From Cercozoa sp. M6MM (lineage: Eukaryota; Protista; Endomyxa: Ascetosporea): a DNA stretch of 64,000 bases. Below the pieces are notes generated by a model that searched no databases, was not told the origin of the DNA, and saw only the letters and a list, made by a program, of their open reading frames with translations. The stretch is from the NCBI GenBank assembly GCA_040357565.1, contig JBDODJ010000012.1. One strand, written 5' to 3'. Each line of letters starts with the position of its first letter. Position 1 is the first letter of the stretch. This document shows positions 11,816 through 24,985 of this stretch, one piece after another. A program made the position numbers and the translations under genes.

Positions 11816-14567
11816 TCAGAGGACCTGATTGAGAAGGTGCACAGCACCAAGAACACTGTTGGCTGCTTGTACTGCCACCGCATTGGCGTACTCGGGCAGC
11901 ACTGCAGTGACACAAAAGAACACAATGACACGACGCCAAAAAGGTGTACAATTTGGGGTACGTGTGCTATCGTCGACCGACAGTCTTAGAACGGGCGGCA
12001 TGGCGAATTCAAAGTCAGCGTCATTGTCGAACCGGCTGCGCGCCTTCTCGCGTTCTGAAATTGAGTTTCACTCATGATACGAGTGTACACGACACCATAG
12101 CATCCTTGTGTAAGGCATCGATACCCTGCTGCGCGACAGCAAAGCCGCGCGGAGTGACAGCGACACACACGAGTCGTGCGATCCGTGTCTCATGCGGATC
12201 AAAGGCGCGAGTGAATTGTCCACGCGGACACAAGAAACCGATTGACTCACGCAGCAGCGCGGAATCGTTGTCGTCCACCACGCAGAGCATCGACCGCGCT
12301 GATCCGCCTGTAAGCAAGTGACAGTGCATGTGCGTCCGCGTTCACGTCTATGTATTTGAATACCACGACCGCCGCGTACACGCGGTGTGCCCGTGCACAA
12401 CAAATACACCTCGCCTCGCAGACGTCCGCGCGGCTGGAAGATGCCCATGCGGCGCTAAGTGACACCGAGTATAAATACTACAGAAGAGTACAACAGCGAC
12501 CGTAAAATTCTACCTGCATGTGAGTGCCTACGCCGATACGTTTCATGGCACCTGTACATACAATGTAAAAGATGTAAACATAAGTCAAAACCTAGGCGAG
12601 TTAACGAACAGTCTTCTGTCGGCAGCAGCACACGGTCGGACGGAATCGCCAGTGGCATCACAAGCTGTTGCAGGTGCTGTCGCAGTTGCTGCGAGACTTT
12701 GCTGCCTGCGGAAAGGGGTACAAGTGTGTGCGTGTGTGCGCGTGTGTGTGTGTGTGTGTGTGTGTGTTTGCAATAATACCTGTGGGATACATCGACAGAC
12801 ACTCTTGCAACACGGCGAGTGACATTTCCGGAGGTGCCACGTGTCTCAAGTGCACCAGAGCCTCCTGAAGTGTCTCGTACGACGGCTCACTCTGATCGTA
12901 CACCTTGCGCACAGAGTCAGGAACATAGTCTTCCTCAGCCGTGTTGTTAATGAAGTGATAGGCCATCCAGCGCAGAGCTCCCTTGGCAGCTGGACTCAAT
13001 AGGCAAGGGTAAAGGAAGTAATCGTAGGGGTAAAGAAAATGAAGCTACCCGTGCGCGCAGCGTGCAGCCACACCGCCTCCGAGTTGCAGCCGCTGTCCAG
13101 ATCACGCGTCGTCGGCGGCAGCAGAATCAGCGACTGCAAGGCCTCCACTGCGCGGGCTCTGCTCATCCCCAGAATATTGATACTGCCGGTAGAGCGATAA
13201 CAACGACGTACAGGTAGTTCTGCACGGTAGTAGCTCCTTTACTCGCATTGTCGGATGCAACCACGTCCTATATGGACACAGCACATGTCGACTAGATAAA
13301 GACTGAGATTAAGCAAGACACACCACAGCAGGGTAGACGTTGCGATGCCAGATGCCGATCATCTTGCCTCGCTTCATGCGTACTCTTTCGAAGGTCTTTG
13401 CTGTGCATACGCAATAAAGCATATAATTACACTTATACAAATGTAATGAGTCAAAGGGGTATGGACACATTTAAAGAGGCGCTCGTTGTGAGACTGCATG
13501 GTCTTGTCCGGCGTGTCCACCAAGGAGACGCACCGGCCCGCTGCCACAGCGTCACGCAGCACCTCTGGCTTGTCGAACGGCACGAACTGGACGTTCTTTT
13601 GGCACACGTTGCAGAAGCTGAAGTCTGGACTCGGCGTTGCGGCCAGATTATCGTTTGTGAGAGGACAGCGGAAGTGCCACTCGTAACCTGTTAAAACTCA
13701 CGTGAAAACAGCAGCAGCAGGGCAAGGGAGGAACACTATCGCACCGTCCGGCAACTCATCGTCGATCGAGAGAACCTGTCGCTCGTGTGCGTGTTCTTCG
13801 TTGGTGTATCTGTGTCAAGGAATGCACATTCTGTCAGAAAACGCAAAACCGTGTTGTTTGAGTACGCGTGTTGAGCGTTTCGCGGTGTCACCATGGGCAT
13901 CTACGCAAAAAGATAAATTGCAAACAGCACAAACTCGGAATGAATGCTGGTACCGGCACGTGCTCGTCAGAGCGACCTGCAATCGGCAGTGCGTACTCGC
14001 AGCCATGCAGTGCTCCCTGATGACCAGATTTGGCGATAGCACTCATCAAAACGCGCCCTACACACACAGCACATACATATTGTTCACACATATCGATACA
14101 AACCCATACAGCACACAGATACATGTACAAATACGTCCGGGTGCATACATACAGACATACATATTTAACTGTCAGTACAATGAAAGGAACGGCCGCGGAA
14201 GCGCCGTTCGGTCTCGCGCAGTTGTCGCGGCGACAGTATCGAGCGATTCTCCAACAGCATGGCGTACACCTACACTTATCCTTGTAAACGCATGTACATC
14301 TCTGTTATGTACTGTTTAATACCTTTGAACCGCGTGTCTCCATCAGTACTACACTCGCAACCCACCTGGTGGCATCATGAAAGAGCGCGGACAGAATGCT
14401 GTTGTACCGTTGTGAAACACGCGGTGCGTAAGCGAGAGCGCACGAACATCCTGCGGGTCGAAGGCAGCGCTGTGCAACACTGAGGTGTGCCAGAAATGTG
14501 CATGTGCGTAAAAGCGGTACTATTTGAGAATTTCGAAGGCTAAGTCGGGAGACAAACGCGCCGACAT
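11816..14567 (-). CDS. F-box protein with internal four-Cys (CP..L..T..FCxxCxKxV..GxCV) module
   Basis: N-terminus spliced as MSARLSPDLAFEILK|YAAFDPQDVRALSLTHRVFHN (F-box pattern). Exon ~13440-13687 encodes WHFRCPLTNDNLAATPSPDFSFCNVCQKNVQFV...AGRCVSL. Last exon ends ...HLLNQVL*. Confidence 0.6.
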
Positions 14568-14790
14568 TTTTGACGACGATACTTGACAATGACCACTGTA
14601 AAGTACTGTACTTAGAGAGCTGCACTGTACAGTTGTAATGGGTGTAGGCACACGCACAGTACCGTGAAATTGTACAATTACGAGCAGAATGAGAGGAACA
14701 TGTTCCTTGCCAACCAAAGAGCGCCTTTCAATCAGGTTCGTTTGTGGGAAAAGAGATATTGATGATCCGGTGACATTCAGTGTTTTCTGT

Positions 14791-14792
<2 letters not shown>

Positions 14793-14839
<47 letters not shown>

Positions 14840-14849
14840 NNNNNNNNNN

Positions 14850-14896
<47 letters not shown>
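14793..14896. repeat. (CT)n microsatellite containing a 10-N gap
   Basis: Directly visible. Similar (CT)/(GA) tracts at 26390-26523 and 47513-47594. Confidence 0.95.
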
Positions 14897-14899
<3 letters not shown>

Positions 14900-15156
14900 T
14901 CGAGTATTGGGAGTGCTCTGCTCGACCGTTGCTTTCAAAAAGTGCCAGCAGAACTTGTAAAGCGTTTTTCCGAACCGCTGGTATAGTTAAGGTATGGATG
15001 GAGAATCCGATGCCGAACCTGCCAGTGGTGCAAATTCCACCAAACGACGTCGGCCGGTACTATGTTTACTGTACGGCCTCTTCCAGCAACTTCTGTTTGA
15101 GTCGTTGGCCAAGTCAGAATCACTGCTCGAGCTCGAACCGGACCTCGATGATAAAT

Positions 15157-18100
15157 TTAGAGGCAATGCTGAAACCTGCGACTCGTATCAGCCACCGTGG
15201 AGCTTTCATAGCAATACTGCTTGTGTGCACGCAACATTTTGACACCAGCAAGCAGCATCGATGGCACAAATCGACACCAACCGCGATCGTGTAATTCCAA
15301 AGGATCCTGCGCCGGTTTCTCGTTAGGAGAACGCCGATGCCATTGACCGTCAATTTCTCGCTTCCCATGTTTCGACCCTTTTATTGCGTGTTATTGGTAC
15401 GATCCCTTACTCATCTTTCCTTGCAGCCAATTTCAACACAGCAGAGCTTAGTGCGTCGCCACCCATGCAACTCCAGAGGAGCATGCGATTTGGTGTTCCC
15501 ATGGCGTAGCGATCCACGGTGCTCTTATATTCGCAAACCAGTCCTGGGACGTTAGACGACCATTGGGCGGGATCTGCGGGACCTACATGGAAAGGATAAA
15601 GAGTAGGTACATCGTGTCCACTAACACACACATACACACGCACATCGCACATTGAGTTGCACCTCTGAAGATTGGTTTCATTTGTGTTCTCAACGCCACT
15701 GCAACACACAAACGCGAGACACCGCTGCATTCTGGAGACATGCGCTCTAAAGCAACAAAACACATCGCACATTCTTCCACGGCCTTCTGGAACAAAATGT
15801 ACGGTTCAAGAGCGGCATTGGTCTGTGCCCACATAAAAGCACGTCGTACTTCCGCAGCAGTGACACGTTCGTTTGAGACGCTGAATACCTACAGTCCGAA
15901 AGTTGAGTATGCGGCGAGTGCTGTTTCTTGCTATGAACAGGTACCAGCCGAAAGACTTGATACACAAGATCTCCCGGAAACGAAAGAATCATGTCCGACC
16001 ATCGCAACTACCCAAGGGGAAAAATGCTACATGCTTTAGAGCAAATGTGCTGAGTATTACCGCTTTTGCGGCTTCCCGTGATTCAGATGACTGCAGGAAA
16101 CGGTCCAGTGCTTGCACCAACCTCTCTGAAAGGTAGTCTTCTGCCAGGGTCAAGTCGTTTAAAAGCCTGGCAAAGTCAACAACGGAAATACACCTAAAAA
16201 ACCTAAACCAAAAAAGGTGTGTTTACAATTTTACAGCCACGACAACTCGGTGCGTGTCGCTTTGCGACGGTTTCGCATGCGTGTGCATCTTCCTACACTC
16301 GGGGTTGGGTTAGAATATTCAAATGAAAGCATTTGGCGAAGTGTGCGATGGATACCGGATAGCACCAACGCATTTGCGTATTGCTCGCAGCACACGCCTG
16401 CAGCTGCTCACCGTGATATCGCGTGCGTATGAGGGCGCGATTCGCAATTTATAGTGCAGATTTCCTGGGAGCACAGTAGGTACTTGGAACTTGATAGCAC
16501 TCGATCCCAGGGTCTAAAGAAAACCAAAGGACTTTGACTTACTTAACTCGAGTGTCATCATTGCTGCCTCTCGCACTTTGCTTTTACTGCCCTGCAGAAA
16601 AACACGGCAACTTTAAGGACGGGTGGGAAGCGGTTTCGTCAACGAGTGAAATTACCTCAAGCCTTAGCCTTACACTTCTAATGGTTTCCCACAGGCTCAT
16701 TGCGATTTGCAAAGCCTGCGAATGTATGCGCACCTGGCAGGATAAACTTACATTTACAGTGCAATACCCCCGGTACCTTCATTTCAGGGGTCTGCTGTCG
16801 ACTTATATACTTCACAAACGCATGGCATAGCACAGGGTCGGCGATTAAGAGATTGAATTGTTGCCGTCTGCCCTGTATAATTTAGCGTTTCGCGCTCTTT
16901 ACCAACTAACTGAAACAAAACCAAACGTTTGAGTGAGTTTTACCATATGAAGAGAATAGTCGCTTCCTTTGGACCGAATTACGGATGCGAGTGCATTGTG
17001 CGTCGAAGCTTCGCTTATGTTGCCTGTCGCAGAGGAAGGGCAAGTGTTGCTTGATGATGCATGTACCTCCAACTAAGTCTTTTCCAGTAAACTTAGTATA
17101 CCCTGAAAATTTACCCGATAGCTCTTCACTGGTTAAAGGACTTGGACTTGGAAGTTCAGTTTCTTCGACCCTGTGTGATTCCTTTAACTCTCCGTGCAAT
17201 GTCAGCATTGACATCAAGTCCGCTTTTGATCGCGGACGGTCATGGTGCGCCGCGAGTAATTTGGATGCTGGTTTTTAATTCAGTGATGCTTCGAGACAAC
17301 ACTAACTCGAACTAATCGTATTGTTACCTCGGCTTCGCGCATCGCGCAGTTCGGGAAGCAAGACCGTCAACAGGAGCAGAACTTGTAAAACGAGCAACGC
17401 ACCTGCTTGAAACGCAGTGCGCGACTGCATGAACACGCGCAAAATGAACAGCGCGAGCAGCACGCCAAGGAGGGCAAGAGAGGCGAGTTGGAGCTGCGCG
17501 ATGCGGCTGACTGCTAAAATCGCTGATGGTACTGACCGCATGCCCGCTGAAGGTTTATAAAGGCAAATTTACATTAATCTTCGTACAAATTTACACTCTG
17601 CAGTTCTAATAGTGGTTCTTATAACAGTACCATTGGCCAGAACAGAGACGCTCCACAGCGCTGCGTACCAGGTTGCGACGAAGGGAACCAAATGGAGTAC
17701 GTGCGTCATAGATTTGGCTCGACAAGCCTAAAGAATCAATCAACTGAACGTTTATGCAGACAGACAAAAAGAAGGCACTATAATTGGGAAATTTTATACC
17801 GGAACGGCAACTGGGATAGCAGCTGACATGGATGGTATGCTTAAGGCCTTGTCTTTCATGCTTAATTTCCCTAAATTTAAATTTTTTAAATTACACTCAC
17901 CCTTGCGGATCGCGGCACCCCCGGAAGAAATTGTCGTACACAATGGTATGCACGCACACGCAACAATAAAAACGCTTGCCAGAACAATGAGTAGAAGTCT
18001 GAAGTGACGGCGTGATTTGCGCTCAAGGACGATTTTGCCTGTTATCCTGTAGACCCACAATTTTAATTTACTTCACATGTAATTTTACCGGGAGGGAAAT

Positions 18101-21100
18101 TGCAATTCTTACCTTTCGAAACAGTCGCGAAGGTCTGTCACATGGCAGAAACGTTCACAACGAGCCAAGGCAACTTATCCTTTATTAAGACAAAAGCAGT
18201 TAAAATAAATTTACCTAGTCCGACGTACAGGATGGACGTTGTAATTGCACCGAGAGCAGCAGTTTCCACCACCGGAACGAGGGCACACTTGTTCTCGGAT
18301 GGTTGACCCAGCAGCAATACACTTGCGATCCTGAACATACACAGACTTTGGGTTGAAACTACCCTCAGTGCGGCTTGTGTTTATGTCATCATTTATTGCA
18401 CCATGTATAAATTTACCCGCACAAGGAGACCCCGATGCCACACCTGCGATACTGCATCATTTGAAGACGTGGCAGATTTTATCAAACAGCTAAAGTTACA
18501 GAAAGATCGGTATCATATGACGAAGGTAGGTCGTATCTCTTGCCAGTCGATAGCTTTCTTTCCACCGGAGCGCTGCGCTCACTGATTTTACAACAAGATC
18601 AACAGGTCTCTGTAAATTCACCTTGCTCGTAATTGACTGTGCTTTCGTCAGCGATGTCCGTAATTTCCGCAGACAAGAAGGATGCGACACCAGAACGAGA
18701 CGATATCTCAGTTCGCAATCGCCGTTTGAGTCGTAGAATGGGCAACACGTAGTTGGCAACAACGCCAAGCCCCACAATGATGCTTACGCTAGCAAGGACG
18801 ATCGAAAGCACGACAAGTGTCGTCGAATCGTCATAATGGCATCTCAAAGCATTAGCTGACAAATGTTGACTTGCATCGCATGCCTCGAGTTCCTTTTTTC
18901 GCACAACCACTGGAAGCACCTCTCCAACGCAAGTCTCATTTGCTGTGACCTCTGTGATTATTATTTACATCTCACCATAAGTGGAGTGGCGGGGAGAGAG
19001 GTTGTTTGCAACTTTCCTAGTTGAGCCAACTTGCACGCTGCCAGTACACGGTCGTGAGGGGGTACCTGCAGAACATAAGCGGTAGACTAACAATTGCAAG
19101 TTGAACGCTAAATGAATATCGACCTCCTAGAAGAGGGTACACTGGAGCCAGTCGCGAACACGATAGTCTCATCTGCAAAGAACGTTACTTCATCGGCTTC
19201 AACCGAGTACGTCCCAACTGCGATTGGATGCTCACTCTTCCCGCGGAAGTTGCGCACGTCGTAAGAAACCTGCACAGATTTTAAAAAGAAGTTACACTGT
19301 TCATTGTGCTGAAGCCAGCAAATTACCCGACGATCACAATTCTCGTCGAATATACGACCACTCTCCGTGTAATTTAGGCCAAGTGTGCGACGTAAATCTT
19401 CATACGTAGTATTTTTCATGTAAGCGTGGACGTCTATGCCAGTTCCTTCGTTTTGCAAGACATGTGACACTGTTCGATTGTTCCCGCTGTTGATCCAGCG
19501 TAAGTTCTTTCCATCTGGGCGGCACAAAAAACACAACTGAAGGGAAATAACTCGACAGTGTACACAGACAGGATTTACTCTGAATCCGTGATCGACGGCA
19601 ATCCATTTTGTATGAGGAGCCTCTCCAACACGGAAGCAAGGACCGCAAACGCCGTTTCATATTGTTCGGTAAAAACGTTAAACTCACCGACTGGCGTTTC
19701 TCTGACGGTTTGCTGGCTGCAGTTAAAGGCCTCGCAAAAGCTACGGGCTATTCGGAAACTTCGCCGTTCGTATTCTTGCATCAACATTGGTGGTATTGGT
19801 GGAACCGCTATCTGCCTACAGTTTTAATAGCAGCAACCGTAGTATTAGATGCTTAAATTTATTTTCCTGTCACGAGACGAATGTACGTGACAAGTACGCC
19901 ATAAGTAGCTTTGACCAACAGTTGCTTCGTTTTCAAAGGTGCATTTGCCACAGTCATTGACATGAGGTCATTCGACAACCACTAATATTTACAGAATAGT
20001 ACAATTCATGGGTGAATGGAAAACTTAGGACTGGAGGTAAATTAAGTTAGTTATGTAAACTTAAGTTTAAGTTTTAAAATTAAGGAGGATTTTTGTTCAG
20101 TTGGAATACCTGCCAACCAGAGCGATATCCAATCATTCTTCGATTAAGCGCTCGAAGCAATGTACTTTCCAACGTGTTCATGGAGCACAAAACCAAAACA
20201 ACGCTGTTGGTGCACGGCGGAAGCGGTCAGTCAAAAACGTAGAGATTTGCTTACAGTACACAAGAGTGTTTGACCTTACCGTGCGGCAGACTGCTCTAAG
20301 ACATCCAAGACGACATCGATCTGTTTTTGAGTGATCGCATCCGTTCGTTCATCTAAAAAAGACGCCGGGGGAGATAAGTTTCAGTTGGGAAACACGAGTG
20401 AAAATGGCGGAATTGAACCTGGTAAAACGAGAAACCTTTCAACAACAGCAATGTTGTTTTGACGAACTAAAACAAATTTAGTCCAAAACTACCCGGGTGA
20501 AGATGGCCCCCCCCCCCCCCGTCATTAAGCAAGCAAGTGTTTGAAATACCTCGATCTCGGACTTGCTGCATGAGTCCAAGTGAATAACCGTCATCTTGAG
20601 TAAGAATCGAGATAGTTTTCCATCCAACTTGTCTGATGAGCTGCACCAAAGCCATGCTCTGTACTAGATTCGACGAGGTTGCGCGACAGAAGAGAGGAAA
20701 TCGCGATTTGTCGGAAAGGTCGGGGTGAGTGGCTGTGGGTGAAATCACCGCCTTGCCGAATGCCGTCGCAAGAGGGGCCACAGCGTCTACTGTCATCTGC
20801 AAATACCGGTGGGGAATCCGTTTTTCACGAACGAGGGAGGTTAGTGAGTTTCAGTCTTAAACATACACCTGACTGCAGGGGACCCATGATCGCAGAAATG
20901 TTCTTGTTTTGGAACACGTTGTTGAACATGTCAAAAGTTGCGACATCCACCGGGCGGATCGCTGAGTGAACGTCTACTACCGAAAGTTGAAGTTGAGGGT
21001 AAATACACACGCACACGTGGCATCGTTTAAGTTTTAACTAGCCTTTAGGGGACTGTGTACCTAAGATATCGAAATGACGGTTTGTTCTTTCGTTCTGGTG
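15157..21100 (-). CDS. class C-type GPCR: Venus-flytrap (ANF) domain + 7TM + cytoplasmic tail with RGS-like domains
   Basis: ANF motifs AIMGPLQS, VISPTATHPDLSDKSRFPLFCR and GWKTISILTQDDGYSLGL. 7TM motifs LLGQPSENKCAL and SK|LWVYRI plus several hydrophobic exons (17340-18820). RGS-like motifs in the tail. Both ends of the gene are uncertain. Confidence 0.7.
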
Positions 21101-21621
21101 ACAAACAGAGCAACACAATTTTACTGTAAAGATGGGGAACGTCTGGGGGGGGGGTCATGAAGTCGTACAAACAGCTGAACGCTCGTCAACGTGAGAATGC
21201 TTGCTCCAAATACCGTTGGCACCCCGAATCCGACGGCCGGGATATAAGCAAACTTCACCTTTAACAAGCAGTATAAGGTGCCCAAGACACTGCATTGAGT
21301 TCAATACCTTGGGTCTTGAGCTATTCGTGTGTCCAAAAACGCGACGCGCTTCGCCTCGACTCGGCATTTTCACTTAACCTTAATTTACGTTGTGTTTTTC
21401 GACTTTGCACCTTCAAGCGCAACTGCCCTGTTTGGGCTATCCAGACGGCTTTGGCGTTTTGGTACACACCCAATATCAGAGCGCCGTCAATCATTCGGGT
21501 TTGTCCGGTAAAACTGAGGAGACTGAACAAGTGAGTTCGGAGTTTTTGAAGAAACGTTTTTCTTTCGTTAACGTGACTTTTCTACGATGACGCTGAAACT
21601 AAGCGGCTCTTATTTGTTACC

Positions 21622-22767
21622 ATGCGCGTACTGACCTACACGATGCGTCAGCGTCGGCTTGCCAGCATGCGTGCACTCTGTAACGTTTTTTTTTGTTTCC
21701 CAGGTGGTGGTGAGTTCATTTACCAGACGGAACCGCGTCGATTGTTTTTTAGTGGCAAAGCTGCACAAGCAAGCTGGTGCGCCGAGAAAGCCTCCTTCTG
21801 CGTACAACCTCTTTGTGAAGGACTACGCCGCTCGCAACCCAGGTACAGTCATGAAGCGATGTGGCATTGTAACAGTCACGACTAGCTTCCCAGGAACAAA
21901 AGACTTGATGAAAAAGGCAGCTCGAGCATGGAAAACCGTGACATCAGAGCAAAAATTGGGAGTAAAGGCTGCAAGTAATTTCGTTGTTTTCTTTCCACCG
22001 CTGGGGATGCGAAACTTTCGGTAGGTATTCTTGCTGGGGAGAAATACGCCGGGGAGATGAGTAAATTCTTGTCGAGCAGCAAAGGACGCGCTTATACCAA
22101 ACAGCGTCAACTTCTACTACACGTAAGCTGTTTAGCACCTGTAAATTTGTTTGCACTTCCTATTATTGACGAGACCTACTCGTAACCTGACGAGCAGAAA
22201 GTGCATCCCGATGCACCAATTCGTCCTCCATCGGCCTTTTTCCGATATCTCGTACCTATTGCTTCAGTTTTTTCAACCAAAAGGGAAGGGTGCATTTAGA
22301 ACATCACAATTATAGACACATCAACGCGCGCAGAATGCTGAAATAACGAAGAACGTGACCGTTACAGAGTTCGCAAAGGTTTTCCAGTTATATTTTCCGC
22401 ATGTTTGTATCCCCTTTGCTTCAAAGGAAGCTTCCCGGCAATGGAAGCTACTGAGCGGGCATCTTTTGCGCAAAGAATTTGAGAAGGAAGCGAGGGCAGA
22501 CACTGAACAATGGAAGAAACAGTACACAAAGTTTCTCACCACCAAGGTACCCTGCACAGCAGCTTCAACTCCGTGCACGTGTAAATTAGTTCGTGCACCC
22601 CCCCCCCCCCCCAGAAAGCAAAGTTGTGGCAAGAAGAGCGTGCGAAACTCATTGAATCGCTTGAACTCACGGCAGCGCGGCAGCGCAAGGAAGATGGAAA
22701 GAAACGAAAGACAAAGACACCAAAAGAGGCCTCTCGTTTAAAGGCATCAACTCCTTCTCCCATGTAA
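21622..22767 (+). CDS. dual HMG-box protein, TFAM/Abf2-like candidate
   Basis: APRKPPSAYNLFVKD...MKKAARAWKTV and HPDAPIRPPSAFFRYL...VTEFAK|EASRQWKLL. Basic tail. Arg-rich N-terminus with no acidic residues. Confidence 0.8.
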
Positions 22768-22959
22768 CGTAAGAATAGCGACGTCGGCATTAGTAAAGTT
22801 CAACTATATTGGGTATCCAGCTTGCAGAAATCAGTTGGGCTCTTTTTGCCGGTGCCTCAAATCACCGACAAATCCTACCGCTTGCGTTGGTTACGGTACA
22901 GTAAGCATAATTGGGAGCAAAATACTGGAGTCGAGTAAATATCTCGTTTTAAGATTCAG

Positions 22960-23494
22960 TTTAGCTTAGTAATTCGGCGACGACCTTGTGCTGTCCGCAA
23001 AGCAACACGAATCCCAGAGCCCACAACAGCAACACAGGGACCCATAGCCTACAGGTTCAACCCAGTTGTCCTACAACACCGTGTATGTAGTGCAAGCAGC
23101 GAGAAAATACCACAATGAGCTCAAGCGGATCTCATTGGCTTCATTCTTGCGAAACAAGTCGTTTCCGTCATTGGCCCGGTCGGCGAAGCTTTTTCGTTTG
23201 TCACTGCTTACTTGAAGCTGAGGAGTTCGCGTTTTCTTAATTCGACGAACAGGAGACGGTGCACCGATATGCCGCGACCTTCTGTACGACCTTGTGTCGT
23301 ACGTATCACTGTAGTGAAAACTCTCGAGACTCGATTCGGACGACGACGCCGCGTGCGCTGCCATCAGCAAGGACAGTGTCAATGTCAACACCAAGTTTGA
23401 TCTGGGACACATGCGCTACTATCAAAGCAGGGCCTGCTGCAGGGTTGACCGTTACTTGAGATTTAATTGGCCTCAATGTCCGAATCCACCACAT
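22960..23494 (-). CDS. small hypothetical secreted/membrane protein
   Basis: ORF 23071-23412 with signal-like LVLTLTLSLLMAAHAA. A possible terminal hydrophobic exon (LWVPVLLLWALGFVLL) lies near 22960-23050. Confidence 0.35.
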
Positions 23495-23623
23495 GCTCTC
23501 TACTTTTCAAATGTTAAACGCCAACGCTGGCATGGCTCACTATGACTGTACTAATGCACAGCAGGGCGTTCATCAGATGCCTATAAAAACAATGGCCGGC
23601 GGGAGTTGACTTGGTTAAGGAAG

Positions 23624-24985
23624 CACTTGATGGCTCAGGGTGAGTGTTCGGAGAGAGTGCTGTTTCAGAGTGAATTATAAGAATTTATAATGAGCTCAGT
23701 ACTGGTCGAATACACATTAGCACAGGAGCTGAGCTTTTGAGAGCGGTAAACGCGGTTTCACGTGTGCTTGGCTTTCTGCCGTTGTAGTTTTCTCTGTTAG
23801 TTAGTACTGTTGCGCAACTGTGCACAGGGCACCCTGTAGTGCCCTGCACTACATTAGTGGCTTAAATCATGATAAACGCCGCGGAGTCGCTGAAGAGAAA
23901 AATTGTTAATTTTTCTCTTGGGACGAAGACGATGAAGCACTTTTTAAACTTTCAAGAAGCGTCGCCGGTGCTGGGATTCGCGGCTCGGTTAGCTCGATTT
24001 CTTGCAAGTTCGCTTTTCCATGTGACTATCTGTTCTATCCATGCACTGACATGACACGTCACTTCACCGTGCGTCAGCCGTCCTTGGTCAACCGACGGCT
24101 GTGCACCAAAGCCCTCGCATCTTCGCCAACACAAACGCAACAGACCACTGCTTCGCGTTCGGTCCTTGCGAAATACTACAACGGGTACGTTGCACCTATT
24201 TACTCTCACTAGTACGTGTAGTATATTTAAGTACTGAGTTTCAATAAGAGTTGGACTGATCATTTGGACAGAGTAAACAGACGTAAAGCAGTCGCATTCA
24301 CGCGAAAGAAGACCTCGTGTCCTTTCGTTGTGCACAAACTGTCCTTTCGTTGTGCACAAACTGCACACCAAGGATTGGTGCCCGTACCGTCGCTGGCGCA
24401 GACCGCGATGCGTGTCGCTGCCACTGACAATGTAGTCTCAGACATTGACTGCCTTTGTTTCGATACTTCTGCATGCTGTGTACAGGTTGTATCACGCGGC
24501 AGGCCGATTGCCACTGCACAAGCTGCTGGCAGACTTCTCGACCGCCGATGACACCCCCACGCTGGTGCTCCTGTCCACTAATTTGCAAGTATGAACACTT
24601 ATGAATCTCATCATTTCTGTAGATAAGCTCGCAGAGTGGCAGCGAGCCGCTCCTACTCGCAGTGAAGCGACGCCGGCCATACATGAAGAAAAAATACGTG
24701 CCAAAGCCGCCGCCCATTCCGCCCGATCTTCAAGACATCTTTAGGAACTGATCATCGGTCTGTACTGAGATGGTTCTTAACGTTTTAAACCCGCTCGTAA
24801 CCTCGGAAAGCCACGTACTCGAGAACCAAAAAGATAACACGCTCATCGTGCTGTACTGGGTTACCTAAATTCGAAATTAGAAAGCCCACGCGACGCAAGT
24901 GGGTATAAGCACACACTCAAACCTAGCATTAGGTCAAAGCAGCGGGGTACAGTTTTGGGACTTCGCCAGAACAAGTCAATTTTTT
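23624..24985 (+). repeat. ~1.3 kb dispersed repeat, copy 1 (inverted relative to 58665-59978)
   Basis: Long near-identical blocks in reverse complement, e.g. 24917 ctcaaacctagcattaggtcaaagcagcggggtacag vs 58700-58736, and 23661 tgtttcagagtgaattataagaatttataatgagctcagtactgg vs 59840-59884. Confidence 0.95.

Noticed and set aside
24317-24360. CRISPR-like repeat
   Set aside because: Only a two-copy tandem duplication with no spacers, in a eukaryotic context with no cas genes.
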